Below the pieces are notes generated by a model. The model had not been told where the DNA came from and searched no databases. It worked only from the letters and a program-made list of their open reading frames with translations. This document shows, piece by piece, positions 40,276 through 53,409 of a DNA stretch of 64,000 nt. A program made the position numbers and the translations under genes. Origin of the DNA: Eledone cirrhosa (Eukaryota); the NCBI GenBank assembly GCA_964016885.1, contig OZ024759.1:7254001-7318000 (forward strand). The letters run 5' to 3'. Every line of letters begins with the position of its first letter. Position 1 is the first letter of the stretch.

Positions 40276-41670
40276 AAAATACAAAGTTTGTTTTATAAAT
40301 ATTGACATATCCAGGAACGAGACCTTCACGGTTCAGGTTTTTCCTGGATAGTAAAAGGAAAAAGGGGAAGAGAGGAAAAATCAAATATTTCAAATTATTT
40401 AGATGAATATGCAAATGAGGTTGAGGTATAGGGCTGAAAAAAACCCGTTATTTTTAGACGCTAGGTAGATTTAAATAATTATTAGGATATATATATGTAT
40501 GTGTAGGAAGGAGAAAGAGAAAGAAAGAAAAGCTTGTATATATGTATATATATATATATATTTTTTTTTTAATCTTTTCCTCTATAGTTCCTTCTTCCCC
40601 CCATCTCTTCCTAGTCCTTCCACCCCAGACCTCCTTCCTTGTCGTCTTTTTTTTTGTTTTTCAACTTTTCCCCACCCCAATGCAGCCCTCCGGTCCTCTG
40701 TAGCCTCAGCCCCCCCCCCCCCTATTTTAAAGATAGAATTGGCCGATTACGCTTTTTATAGCAGATGTGTTAGACCCCAGATAATTGCCTTCTTTCTGGT
40801 TGCTGTTCCATTTCCATGATTTCTAGATTTCTTAGTGGTATTTCTGCTTTGGTATTCTTGTATTAGTATTTATTGTATTAGTATTCTGAATTAATATTTC
40901 GTATTAGTTCTTTAGTATGTTTGTCCTCAACTTATTAACCTGTCATTGTAAGATAGCATTGGCTGATTACTACTAACTATTGCAGTGGTGTCAGATCCCC
41001 TGTAAAGATGGCTTCATAAAGTGCTTTCACTACAATCCCATATTTAGCATGTTTCTCCAACTATTAAACTTTTCTATAGCTTAACAATACCAATGAGAGA
41101 TTTGGGGATTGTGGGGATGGAATAGCAACCAGAAATTGTTTTTTTTAAAATATATTTGGTTTTTTTTTAAATATATTTATCTCCTTATTTTTATAATGGC
41201 TTGTTTGTTTACTCCCTTACCTATATTTTCACCCCACCCCTTCGCCTTCCTAAGTACACTTTTTTCGACCTTCTATACCTTAGAATCTACTGTGTAGATT
41301 TCACTTTCAACGCTTGACTGGGTTTCTCCGACACCCTCTTTGTTCTACCAGCAAGTTCAGCCACCCCTACATCCCACTAAATGCCATGATAGAATCATCT
41401 GTCTTTACAACAAATTTTTGACCAATCCTTTTGACAATTACTATCTTCCCATATAAGGAAATACCCCCTGAGAAGTTCGGCTATTTATTTACCAGGCTAA
41501 AAATTCTTATTTAGTCCAGAATTAGCCATCGAAACAGCTTGAGCTCTGCCGTCGGGGTCATACTTGTTCCTATTACCCACTCTACTACCTTAAGTATTGA
41601 GTACTTTGGTGCGTTATGGTCCATCTGGTTTTTTACCACATTTCCTTCATTATATATATATATATATTAT

Positions 41671-41860
41671 AGGGGCGGTGGATTGGCAGTATCGGTAGAG
41701 GGTCGGACGCCATGCTTTCCAGCATAGTTACGTCCTTTTACGGTCTGAGTTCAAATCCCGCCGAGGTTGACTTTGCCTTTCATCCTTACGGGGTCGATAA
41801 AATAAAGTACCAGTAATGCACTGGGTAATTGCTGGCCTTGTGCCTAAAGTAGAAACAATT
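41671..41860 (+). mobile_element. SINE family 1, intact copy
   Basis: Complete head, B-box, body and tail, inserted in (TA)n. Confidence 0.88.
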
Positions 41861-42100
41861 ATATATATATATATATATACATATATATAAATCAGTATGG
41901 ATTCAGTTTGAAACTGGTTTGACCCTTACTTACCAGAGTACTTGATACTAGGGGTAGTAGAGTATGGTTATATGAATGAGTCAGGACCCCGACAGCTGAG
42001 CTGTTGCTGTTTCTACAGCCAGTTCCAGTCTATTCATCAGTTGTGAGATCTGTAACAATTTAAAGCAAGTTTAGATATACTTATTTTGTGTTAATATTCA

Positions 42101-44395
42101 TCATCATCATCATCATCTTCGTTTAACGTCCATCTTCCACGCTAGCATGGGTTAGACGGGAGTTGTCCCACTTGAGGCAAGGTTGGTCGGGTGACCGTGT
42201 CTCGCTCATATAGGACTGTCTGGCAGGTTTTCTATGTCTGGATGCCCTTCCTAACACCAACCACATTTACAGTGTGGACTGGGAGGTTTTTACCGTGTTA
42301 CCTACAAGACCACATTACAGCGTGGACTGTGTGTTTTCTCATGACACCTACACGATCTCGATCTCGATCTCATTATCTCGTTCTGTTGGTGGGAGTGGGA
42401 GGATAGGGTAGGGGTAGTGGATTGGGGTGTATATTTGGTTAAGAGGTGCCTACTGACTGTAGGTTTTGCTTTGTACATAGGCAAGGCGGGTTTTCTGTAT
42501 TACTGCATAGCGCCAAAGATCTTGGTCCAGTGACATTGTCTTAGAGTGGTGCAAGTGTGTAAGGTCGGAATTTATCAGATCGTCTCAGGTTTTTCTGGGT
42601 CTGCCTACTCCATGGCTACCATCAATTTTGATCACCCTGCACCTTTTTATACAGCTGTCGTCTTTCATGCGCATCACGTGGCCATACCAACGTAGTCTTC
42701 TCTCGAGTAAACAGCATCTGATTCCTCTTATTCCTAATTTCTCACTTAGTTCATTTATGCTTTGCCGTTCACACATATTACTATTACACATCCAACGGAG
42801 CATGCATGCTTCGTTCCTTTCCAGTCTGCGCAGGTCCTCTGCACGTAATACCCATGTCTCACTGCCATGTAACATTGCTGTTCGTATACAGGCATCATAC
42901 AGCCTGCCTTTCATTTTTAGAGAGAAACCTTTTGAGGCCAACAGCGGTATAAGCTCTCTTAACTTTTTCCATCCCGTTCTGACTCTGGCTACAGTACTTT
43001 CAGAACACCCTCCACCACTGCTGATTTTGTCACCCAGGTAACGGAAAGTGTCTACTATTTCTATAGAACCATCTGGGCAATAGAAGGAGCTAGTATCCTG
43101 TGGACACTTGCTACTTATTGCACCTGAGCATCGGCCACATATAAAGTCTACGTTCTTAGATAGTTTACCTGTGATCCCACTACATCTTTTATGTACCCAT
43201 ACTTTGCATTTGGGACATAAAATTGAATTTCTGCCTACTCCTTTCCTACACGCTGAGCAAGGCCATTTCCCTGGGGGTACCTGTGCTTTATTTTCCTTTC
43301 GACAAACTAGGACTTTAGTCTTAGACAAGTTAACTTTAAGGCCTTTTGATTCTAGACCATGTTTGGAATTTCTTTTCTAGTTCAGCCATTGATTCAGCTA
43401 TGAGCGTTAGATCATCTGCGTATAGGAGTTCCCATGGGCAGCTGGTCTTGAACTCCTCTGTTATAGCCTGAAGGGCAATAATAAATAGGAGGGGGCTAAG
43501 GACAGAGCCTTGGTGAACACCAACTTTTACACTAAATCCTTCACAATATTCATTGTTAATTCTAACCTTACTGACTGTTTCATTATACATGGCTTGTATA
43601 GCTCTCACAAGCCATTCATCTACACCTAGTTTTCTTAGACCCCACCAGATAATGGAGCGGGGGACTCTGTCAAAGGCTTTCTCTAGGTCTACAAAAGCTA
43701 AGTAGAGGGGTTTACTTTTAGCTAGGTACTTCTCTTGTAGTTTTGTCGTACAATGAAAAGAGCGTCTGTGGTACTTTTACCCGACACAAACCCAAACTGC
43801 ATTTCATCTAGATCAATTCGTTCTCTGATTAGTTGCGCTATAACTCTTTCTGTGACCTTCTTGACCTGGTCAATTAACTTAATGCCTCTATGTTGAACAT
43901 CTCCTTTACCCTTGTAGCAGTTAATGATGCTGCTGCTATGCCAGTCTTTTGGTATGACCCCATTCTGTATTACTTGGTTAACTATATAGGTAACCATAGT
44001 ATGTCCCACCATACCAGATGCCTTCAACATCTCAGCAACTATCTCCGAAGGCCCAGCTGCCTTTCCTGTCTTCATATCTTTGATTGCCTTACTTATTATA
44101 CTACCTTTACCTTGCACCGCTGGTCCTTCTATTGGATCGATTTGGGGCAGACTATCTTTTTCCCATTTATTTTCCTCATTTAATAGTCTCTCGTAGTGAC
44201 ACTTCCAAGCTATCTTCTTATCAGTATCAGTGAGGGCAAGTACACCGTTATCATTAAGTACACACTTCTCTTTGACAATATCACGGTTTTCCTTGACACA
44301 TTGCCTAGCAATCCTGAACACCTCACGTTTTTGGTCCTCGCGTTGTAGAACATGCTTGAACTTTCTTTCCTCTGCTTCCCTTTTTGCAAGCTACA
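42101..44395 (-). mobile_element. RTE LINE subfamily B, 5'-truncated
   Basis: ORF pieces 43722..44321, 43336..43608 and 42585..43328 with RT and PHD-like motifs; (GAT)n tail. Confidence 0.93.
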
Positions 44396-44491
44396 CATAT
44401 TAATATTATTCTGTTTATATAGGCAGCTGCTTTAATGATTCTTTGTTAAAGTTTGACAATAGACCAGATAGAAAGACTAGCAGGGTCTCTC

Positions 44492-44528
<37 letters not shown>

Positions 44529-45558
44529 TCATCATCATCATCATCATTTTACGTCCGCTTTTCCCTGCTTGCAAGGGTGGGACGGGTCTTATTCAGCACA
44601 GCATCTCTCCACTCGTCACGGTCCCTCGTCATCTCCACCGTGAGCTTCAATGATCCGAGGTCTGTTCTCACCACCTCCGCCCATGTTTTTCGTGGTCTAC
44701 CTCTACCACGTCTTCCTTCAACTGGCATTTCCTGGCACTTCTTCACCCATCGGTCATCCTCCATGCGCATCACATGTCCATACCACCTCAGTCTCCTCTC
44801 CCGTATATATATATATATATATTCATATATTGTAGGTAGTATGGTGAAATACTGGTGTTGGTACCAAATCAAGCACTCTATGCAGAGTGTATATAATAGA
44901 AAAAATGAGCAAGTTTCGTTTACATATGAAAAATACTTATTGCGTATCGACCTGTTATGAATGTTTCTCGGAGGTTGGCTCAAGGTGGCCCATAGGAGTT
45001 ATGGACCTGACTCCAGTATTCATCTGCTCCTCAGACTGGTGATGGACAAAAGATATATTTTTGTTTCTGGGCTGAGAAGGTATATATATATATAGGCAAC
45101 ATCCGTATATTTTTTGTGCGCATGCGCATATGTGCATATTTTGGTGTAATTTGTGGGCGGCAATGCTGGTGTATATTCATGTGCAGGTTTACGTGAGCAC
45201 TTGAGCAATTAAGGATGTGGGTGTGTTATCGAATGTGTATTGGTCAGTCAAAAACTTGCTTTCATGTAAACAGGAAGCAAGGGTTTGTGGGGTGTGTCAC
45301 GCTTGGACAACCCTGTGTTAGTTTATCGTGTCAGTAAAGACATTTCATATTTGTGTCAAAGAATTAAAGAAAGGGGATTGTGAGGTTGTGGATAGTATTT
45401 GTAAAATGTAGAAATTCAACAACATGGACAGACATGTCTACACATACATACACACACAGGAGCCCACACACGCATATAAGTGTGTACACACACACACATA
45501 CACATGCATACATCACATATATATGCACACACCCACTCTCATACATACATATACACTC

Positions 45559-45605
<47 letters not shown>

Positions 45606-45809
45606 AAAAAGAATGACCCCGACGGCAGAGCTCAAGCCGTTTCGACGGTTATTTCTGGAGTCCAGAAATAGCCGTCGAAACGGCTTGAGCTCTGCCGTCG
45701 GAGTCGTTCTTTTTTCCTTTTACCCACTCTACTACTCTAAGTACTGAGTACTCTGGTGCGTTATGGTCCATCTGGTTCCTTACCACAACTCCTTACCACA
45801 ATTCCTTAT

Positions 45810-46152
45810 ATCATCATCATCATCATCATTTCATTTTACGTCCGCTTTTTCCCTGCTTGCAAGGGTGGGACGGGAACTGATTCTGGCTTGATTTCTACAG
45901 CTGGATGCCCTTCCTAACACCAACCTCATTTACAGTGAGTGCTGGGTGCTTTTTTGCTGTGGCACCTCCATGACCACTTTACAGTGGAATGATAGGGACC
46001 CCAGTCCCTATCATCTCATTTCTACAGCTGAGTAAACCGGAGCAATGTGAAATAAAGTGTCTTGCTCAAGGAAACAACACATCACCTGGTCTGAGAATTG
46101 AACTCACAACCTTTCGATTGCAAGGCCAATGCTCTAACCACTAAGCCAGGCG
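45810..46152 (-). mobile_element. SINE family 2 (tRNA head, CORE-like body, RTE-derived middle and tail); further copies at about 48855-49180 (-) and 60338-60730 (+)
   Basis: Head tggcttagtggttaga..gagttcaattct, body ccttgagcaagacacttt, motif gtgttaggaagggcatccagc, RTE-type 3' end with (GAT)n. Confidence 0.85.
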
Positions 46153-46534
46153 CTATTTATATATATGTAAAAGATAAACAGAAATAACAACACAATCGGT
46201 ACAGTATATGGAAGGTATATATTAGGATAACGCTTGATATAGCAGTAAGAGGGTCTTAACGTTTTGGATACTAGTCCTTCATCAGAAGAAAGAATGAGAA
46301 ATAAAATAGATTGAGGGGACGGGCGGGGTGGAATTGGAAAAAATATATTTAGATAAAAATAACAGGTCCATTCATGTTGACATCTCTTGGAAAACTGTTG
46401 GTGCTGGTGTTTTGTGTATGATTTATTTTTTTAGAAAGGAGGACGATCGAGTGCGTCTACCTGAAATGGAAAAAAAAAACGCTTTGTAAAAAGAGGTATA
46501 CTTATGCACGTGCGTAAGCATGAGTGTGTGTGTA

Positions 46535-46931
46535 CTATATATAGATACTATAATATATATATATTATATATATATATATATATACTATAATATATATATA
46601 TTATAGCATATATATATACTATAATATATATATATTATATATATATATATATATTATAATATATATATATTATATTATATATATATATATATATATACTA
46701 TAATATATATATATTATAGTATCTATATATACTATAATATATATATATATATTATATATATATATATATACTATAATATATATATATATATTATATATAT
46801 ATATATATATACTATAATATATATATATTATAGTATATATATATACTATAATATATATATATATATTATATATATATATATATATATACTATAATATATA
46901 TACTATATATATATACTATATATATATTATA

Positions 46932-46969
<38 letters not shown>

Positions 46970-47034
46970 TATATATATATATATATATACTATAATATAT
47001 ATACTATAATATATATACTATATATATATAATAT

Positions 47035-47066
<32 letters not shown>

Positions 47067-47105
47067 ATATATATATATATATTATAGTATATATATATAT
47101 ATATA
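46535..47105. repeat. Degenerate (TA)n array (another at 49185-49703)
   Basis: Directly visible. Confidence 0.95.
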
Positions 47106-47375
47106 ATGTCTTTGACATTAGAGATAGAACAGATACTCTATACCATTTCCTGTCAGCATGACTTGGCAAGCTATTTAGAACACTGGTTTAACCGCTTTAC
47201 TTCCCTCCGGAGAAGAGATATTATCTCGAAAATTAAGGACATTTAAATAAATCTAAGGTAAAAGACTAATTGTCAACAATATCTTTTGCATTTGCATTCT
47301 TTATTCTATGTCCATACCTGCATTGTTTTGGCTTTATTATACATATACAAACGTTTATATATATATTATATGTCA

Positions 47376-48006
47376 TTTACTCGAGAGAAGGCTATGTTAG
47401 TATGGACACGTGATGCGCATGAAAGTCGATAGCTGTATAACAAAGTGCAGGGCAATAAAGATAGACGGTAGCCACGGAATAGGCAGACCTAGAAAAACCT
47501 GGGACGAGCTGATAAACTCCGACCTCACACACTTACACCTCTCCAAGACAATGTCACTGGACCGAGACCTTTGGCGGTACTCAGTAATAGAGAAGACCCG
47601 CCTTACCTAAATACATAGTAAAACCTACTACAGTCAGTAGGCATCTCTAACAAAATACACCCCCGTCCCACCACCCCCACCCCATCCACACCGCCCCCTT
47701 CTATGTAAAGTTATGTTGGTGCCACAACATCCAGGCCGAAACAAATGAGATCGTGTAGGTGTCACGACAAAAAAACACACAGTCCACGCTGTAATGTGGC
47801 CGTGTAGGCAACACGGTAAAAACCTCCCAGCCCACACTGTAAATGTGGTTGGTGTTAGGAAGGGCATCCAGCTGTAGAAAACCCGCCAGACAGTCCTATG
47901 CGAGCAAGACAATCACTCTTGCCTCAAGTGGGAAAACCCCCGTCGAAACCCATGCAAGCGTGGAACACGGACGTTAAACGTTGATGATGATGATGATGAT
48001 GATGAT
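47376..48006 (+). mobile_element. RTE subfamily B 3' fragment
   Basis: GHVMRMK...GRPRKTWDELINSD; same 3' UTR as 23950-24330. Confidence 0.9.
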
Positions 48007-48685
48007 ATATATATTCAGTAGTTAAGCAAATCAAAACCACAAGCTCACATAGAAGACATTAGTCGAAAAGTATCAACATTGAGTGCAGTTTAATATAAAA
48101 AAAGGGGGTAATAATGTCAGTTAACAATTGTTTCACTACTCCATATAATTGTTTCTACTTTTGGCATAAGGCCAGCAATTACCCCAGTGTATTACTGGAA
48201 CTTTATTTTATCGACCCCGTAAGGATGAAAGGTAGAGTTAACCATGGCGGGATTTGAACTCAGACTGTAAAGGGACGTAACTGATCTGAGTTCAAATCCC
48301 ACCGAGGTTAACTTTGCCTTTCATCCTTACGGGGTCAATAAAATAATGTACCAGTAATACACTGGGGTAATTGCTGGCCTTGTGCCAAAAGTAGAAACAA
48401 TTATATGGAGTAGTGAAACAATTGTTAACTGACATTATTACCCCCTTTTTTATATTAAACTGATCGTTATTGATTTGGTGCAGAGGAAGATAATTAACAT
48501 AGAATAATATTATGGAGCAGCTCCTCAGAACTTGAAGTTAGATAATGAAAATATTAATATGTATAAAGTAGAAATAAAAATAAAATAAGAGGGTTACGTG
48601 TCCATAAATAATCGTCAGATTAGCAGGTCCCTAGATGGGGTCCCTTGGCACTGGAAAATTCAAGTGTATGGTATAAAGAGACGTT

Positions 48686-48764
<79 letters not shown>

Positions 48765-48777
48765 TATATATATATAC

Positions 48778-48814
<37 letters not shown>

Positions 48815-49703
48815 CTATATATATATATATATTATATATATATACTATATATATCATCATCATCATTTTACGTCCACTTTTCCCTGCTTGCAAGGGTGGG
48901 ACGGGAACTGATTCTGGCTTGATTTCTACAGCTGGATGCCCTTCCTAACACCAACCTCATTTACAGTGAGTGCTGGGTGCTTTTTTGCAGTGGCACCTCC
49001 ACGTCCACTTTGCAGTGGAATGATAGGGACCCCAGTCCCTATCATCTCATTTCTACAGCTGAGTAAACTGGAGCAATGTGAAATAAAGTGTCTTGCTCAA
49101 GGAATCAACATCACCAGGTCTGAGAATTGAACTCACAACCTTTCGATTGCAAGGCCAATGCTCTAACCACTGAGCCATGCCTCCATATATATATATATAT
49201 ATAGTATATATATACACTATATATATATTATATATATATTACATATATATATTATATATATATATAATATATTATATATATATATTATATTATATATATA
49301 TATATAATATATTATATATATATATTATATATATTATATTATATATATATATACTATATATATATATTATATATATATATTATATATATATATTATATAT
49401 ATATTACATATATATATTATATATATATTACATATATATATTATATATATATTACATATATATATTATATATATTATATATGTATATTATATATATATAT
49501 TATATATATATATACTATGTATATATATATTATATATATATTACATATATAATATTATATATATATATTATATATATATATACATATTATATATATATAC
49601 TATATATATATATATTATATATATATTACATATATATATTATATATATTATATTATATATATATATTATATATATACATATATTATATTATATATATATA
49701 TAA

Positions 49704-52700
49704 CTAGCAGAGGTACCCGGCGTTGCCCGGTATAACTCTCAATGGAGTAGTCCTTCAAATGAACCGAAAGACTTTCGTTAAACACGACTATAGAAGTAAC
49801 AATTTATAGGTGTTGGCCATAAAGAGGGCCTTTGAAATATCTCTGCAGTGCTGCTGCCAGCAAAGACAAATCCGATAGTAACAATTTAAAGTTGGTGGCC
49901 CTAAAGAGGGCCTTGGATCGTTCACTCTTAAAAGTCTCAGTGGCGGTGTTGCCAGCAAAGATGAATCCAGCGATAACAATTTATAGTTGGTGGCCCTGAA
50001 GAGGACCTTTTAACGTTCACTTGGAAATATCTCAGTGGTGGTGCTACCAGCAAAGATGAATCTGATGGTAACAATTTAACCTTGGTGGCCCTGAAGAGGG
50101 CCTTAGATAGTTCACTCTTAAAAGTCTGGAGCTGTCAGCAAAGACGATACCGATTAGAGGTGGTGGCCCTTAAGAAGTCCTTCACACCACTTTGGTGTGT
50201 CGTATTTGCTTTGCTTGTTATTTGAGATTGTAACCTAGAAAAGCATGTCACAGTCGGTGGCCACAAAAATGGCCTTGGCAAGATCACGCTGGAATGTCAA
50301 AAAAATGTAAATAAGATGTAGGGAAAAGTAGATTAATTAGGTTAAATCTACGGAACATCGATAGCAAAGTGTAATAGCAACATATAAATGCGGAAAACGG
50401 AGACATTGAACATTTATAATGTATAGCAAAAGCAACCTCAGAGGGGTACGTGGTAGTGTCAAAATGACAAAAATAGCACATGGATACAGCAAATGTAAGC
50501 ACTTATATAAAAAAAAAACAGAGATTACTTGTTGGCGGATGGGGTGCCTACAAAACTTCCTTATAGACTATATTTTGGGTTTTCTCACGAGCTGCAAAAG
50601 CAAATAGGTTATGTCGGCTCCCCACTCGAGAGCAGCCAACATATAGTTGACCATGGAGAAGCACGGTTCTTCTAAATTAAGCCCTACAACCGTCAGCGTC
50701 TGACCCTGTGATTTGTTAATCGACATGGCAAAACTGAGCCGGAGAGGGAATTGCAGTCTTCTCAATGTGGAAGGAATGTCTTTACCGGATGGAATGAGAG
50801 GTATCCTTGGTATTAAGACAGTATCCCCTTACCACATCCTGTAAGTATTGTTGCCTCAATAACATGAGGCATCGACTTTTAGACGACCAGATGTGTGCCG
50901 CTGGAAAGCCTTCGGGGTTCCAATTCCTGAGTAGCATGACAGGGGCACCTTTCTTAAGTTGCAGTAAGTGTGGTGGCAATCCGGGAGGGTCTAGGGAGTT
51001 AAGAAATTCTGTGGGGTAATTAACAACTTCGTCCGGATCAGCCATAGAGTCAAGGGACTTGTAGACGTGCAGGTTTCCAGGGCAAGCACAGCAGGAGCTG
51101 TTCATTGATGCTGCCAACTATGTGGTTTTTCGAAGCCAATATTCTGCGTTCACACAACCTCTCTTGATTTGTGTAGTTCTCCTCAAGATTAGGAAAAACA
51201 GACGTCCGTAACTCAGCAATTGACTTGACGCATCTGCAAATCCCTGTGCGGTCCACTGCACCATCTCTGTCGAGTGGGACTTTGCCATCTCCCAACGACA
51301 AAATGGCAGCAGAAAAACCCGTTGATGTCTCATCACCTTGCAGTTGTGCTCTCATGTTTGTTGTAAACGTCAGCTTTCTTACATAACGCCAAAGTGAGGA
51401 GGCCTTAAGGCATGCACCAACCTCATCAGCCCGCGTTTCTTTTGGGATTACAGGCAGAGTCTGTCAGAAGTCCCCAGATAACAGGAAAGTGACACCTCTC
51501 ATTGGTTCTTGACAGTCCCTGATGTCTCTGAGTGACCAGTCTAATGCCTCGAAAGCCGCCCTGTGGGCCATTGTGCATTTGTCCCAAACAATTAGTAGGC
51601 AGCGCTTTAACACCTGTGCTTTTCCGGAAAACTTGCTGATGTTGCACGTGGGAGTCTTAGATGATGCCACGTTGAGAGGAAGACTGAAGGCAGAATGGGC
51701 CGTCCTGCCACCAGGCAGCAAAGTTGCTGCAGTGCTAGAAGAAGCCATGGCCAATGTGATGTTTCCGTGTTGCCTCACTGCAACGAGTAAAAGTTTGATT
51801 ACAAATGTTTTGCCCGTGCCTCCAGGTGCGTCCAGGAAGAATATACCCCCTCCCCGATTACGGATGGAATCAATGATAATGTTGTAGGCTTGTTTTTGAT
51901 CCATTAGAAGTTTTTGTTCATTTTCTTCAACATACCTTTTGAGTTCGTCGACATCGTATGACGTTTCACGTATAATGTCGTTGGGAATGTCAGATGGCGC
52001 ATCTCGAAGTGTTTGCGGGAGCCCATATTTCTCCAGGACATCTCCGCCCATTGAAGCCACTCTGTCTTCAATATTGATCAGAGCTCTGTTATATATAGCG
52101 ATTGTAAAGCCAACATCTAAGTTTGGAGATTGCAATTGAGCGAGACGCCTATATTCGTCTGCGAAATCATCTTTAAACTTTTGCCATAAAGAGTAAGGAT
52201 CGCTCAATTCACAGATGTACAATAGGATAGCAAAAAGTGCTCTTAGACTACGGGATGATTGTGAGATGGCAGCTTCCGTCAAGGTTGCATCCCATTGTGC
52301 ATCATCTTCTAAAAGTCCACGCCTCAAGCAGGCTTCCCTGTACGTTCCGCAGACATATCCATCAAAAGTTCTTAGATGAGTGAAGCTGGTCGGCCCTCTT
52401 ACCTCATGAAGCAGATGTCGCAGGTAGAAGCATTCGTGTTGGGTAGGGTGGACCGTATAAACTCACCCAAGGCAATTGTCGAATTTGATGCTTGGATGTC
52501 CAACCACCTCTTATTCTACCTTCCTTCGTAGCCATTTTGTCTGGTTCCATGTATTAAGACAGTATTTCAGAATACAGCAGAGTTCGAGCGAAGTCGTCGT
52601 GTTGACAAAGTTTGAAAAAAGTGGTGAGTGTAGTTTCCTTTGGTGAGCTCGCTAGCTGAGCAGCTGTTGCATCATTGAAATACACCCGTTGACCGTTTTC

Positions 52701-53265
52701 AAGGTGAACGGCAAGTTGTTTAATGATGGGGTGTCGTTGGTGCAGTGGGAAGTCAAAAATGCACCAAAAGGCTTTATTGCTGCTAATGTATCGGCCTGCT
52801 TGGTAGTCAGATACCTTGCCTTTACTGTTTTCATGAGGAAGCCCAAAGACGGCAGCATCCGATCCCTTGTTTACGTACTTACAAATGTATTTAATTGATT
52901 TTACTGAGTTGCAAAATTCCACGTTTATATGGGAATTGAACGCTTTCAAGAGGAGGGGGCAATATGGCACTATCCAGCTGTTGTCGATTTCGCGTTCGCC
53001 AACTTTTGCTGTGAACCCACCGTCTTCAGGTCTCCTGCGCCTATACAACGGATATCCGTCACCGCCACTCTGTGTTTCCTGTAAAAAGCCTAGGATATCG
53101 TTTTGTACACTTTCTATAGTGTATGCACAGGGACTTCATATTGAGTCCATGTCCGCAAGGACCATGGACCATGTTTGATGTGACTATAGAGAAGAGGTCC
53201 TTGTCAATCGACGGATCAGGTAGTTCGGCAGAAATGAATTTGTTGATGTAGTTTGAACTGATTTT
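49704..53265 (-). mobile_element. Helitron (RepHel), 5'-truncated and decayed, with intact 3' terminus
   Basis: Rep-region motifs MVHGPCG, YRRR, DNSWIVPY, HINVEFCNSVKSIKYICKYVNKG; PIF1 helicase DAPGGTGKT, GRTAHS, LLSGDF, QFPLRLSFAMSINKSQGQT; stop near 50548; terminal hairpin ccgggcaacgccggg then CTAG|T at 49704. Confidence 0.95.
49795..50280 (-). repeat. Helitron subterminal tandem array (78-95 bp period), each unit with a histone-type stem-loop
   Basis: Six 6-bp-stem, 4-nt-loop hairpins reading AA-GGCCCT-CTTY-AGGGCC-ACC (or close variants) on the minus strand. Confidence 0.85.
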
Positions 53266-53409
53266 TGTAACCAACCAACACATAAACAGCTCCCAACGGG
53301 AATGATCGATGCAAATTCTGCATATCTATGAGATTGGCATCTTCCAGCCTGACAAGTTGAACACTCTACAGTTATTAGGAAAGTAACCAACCCTAACTAG
53401 GGATTTATA

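Noticed and set aside
40400-41460. Possible decayed coding remnant on the minus strand
   Set aside because: No recognisable protein motif could be read by eye.
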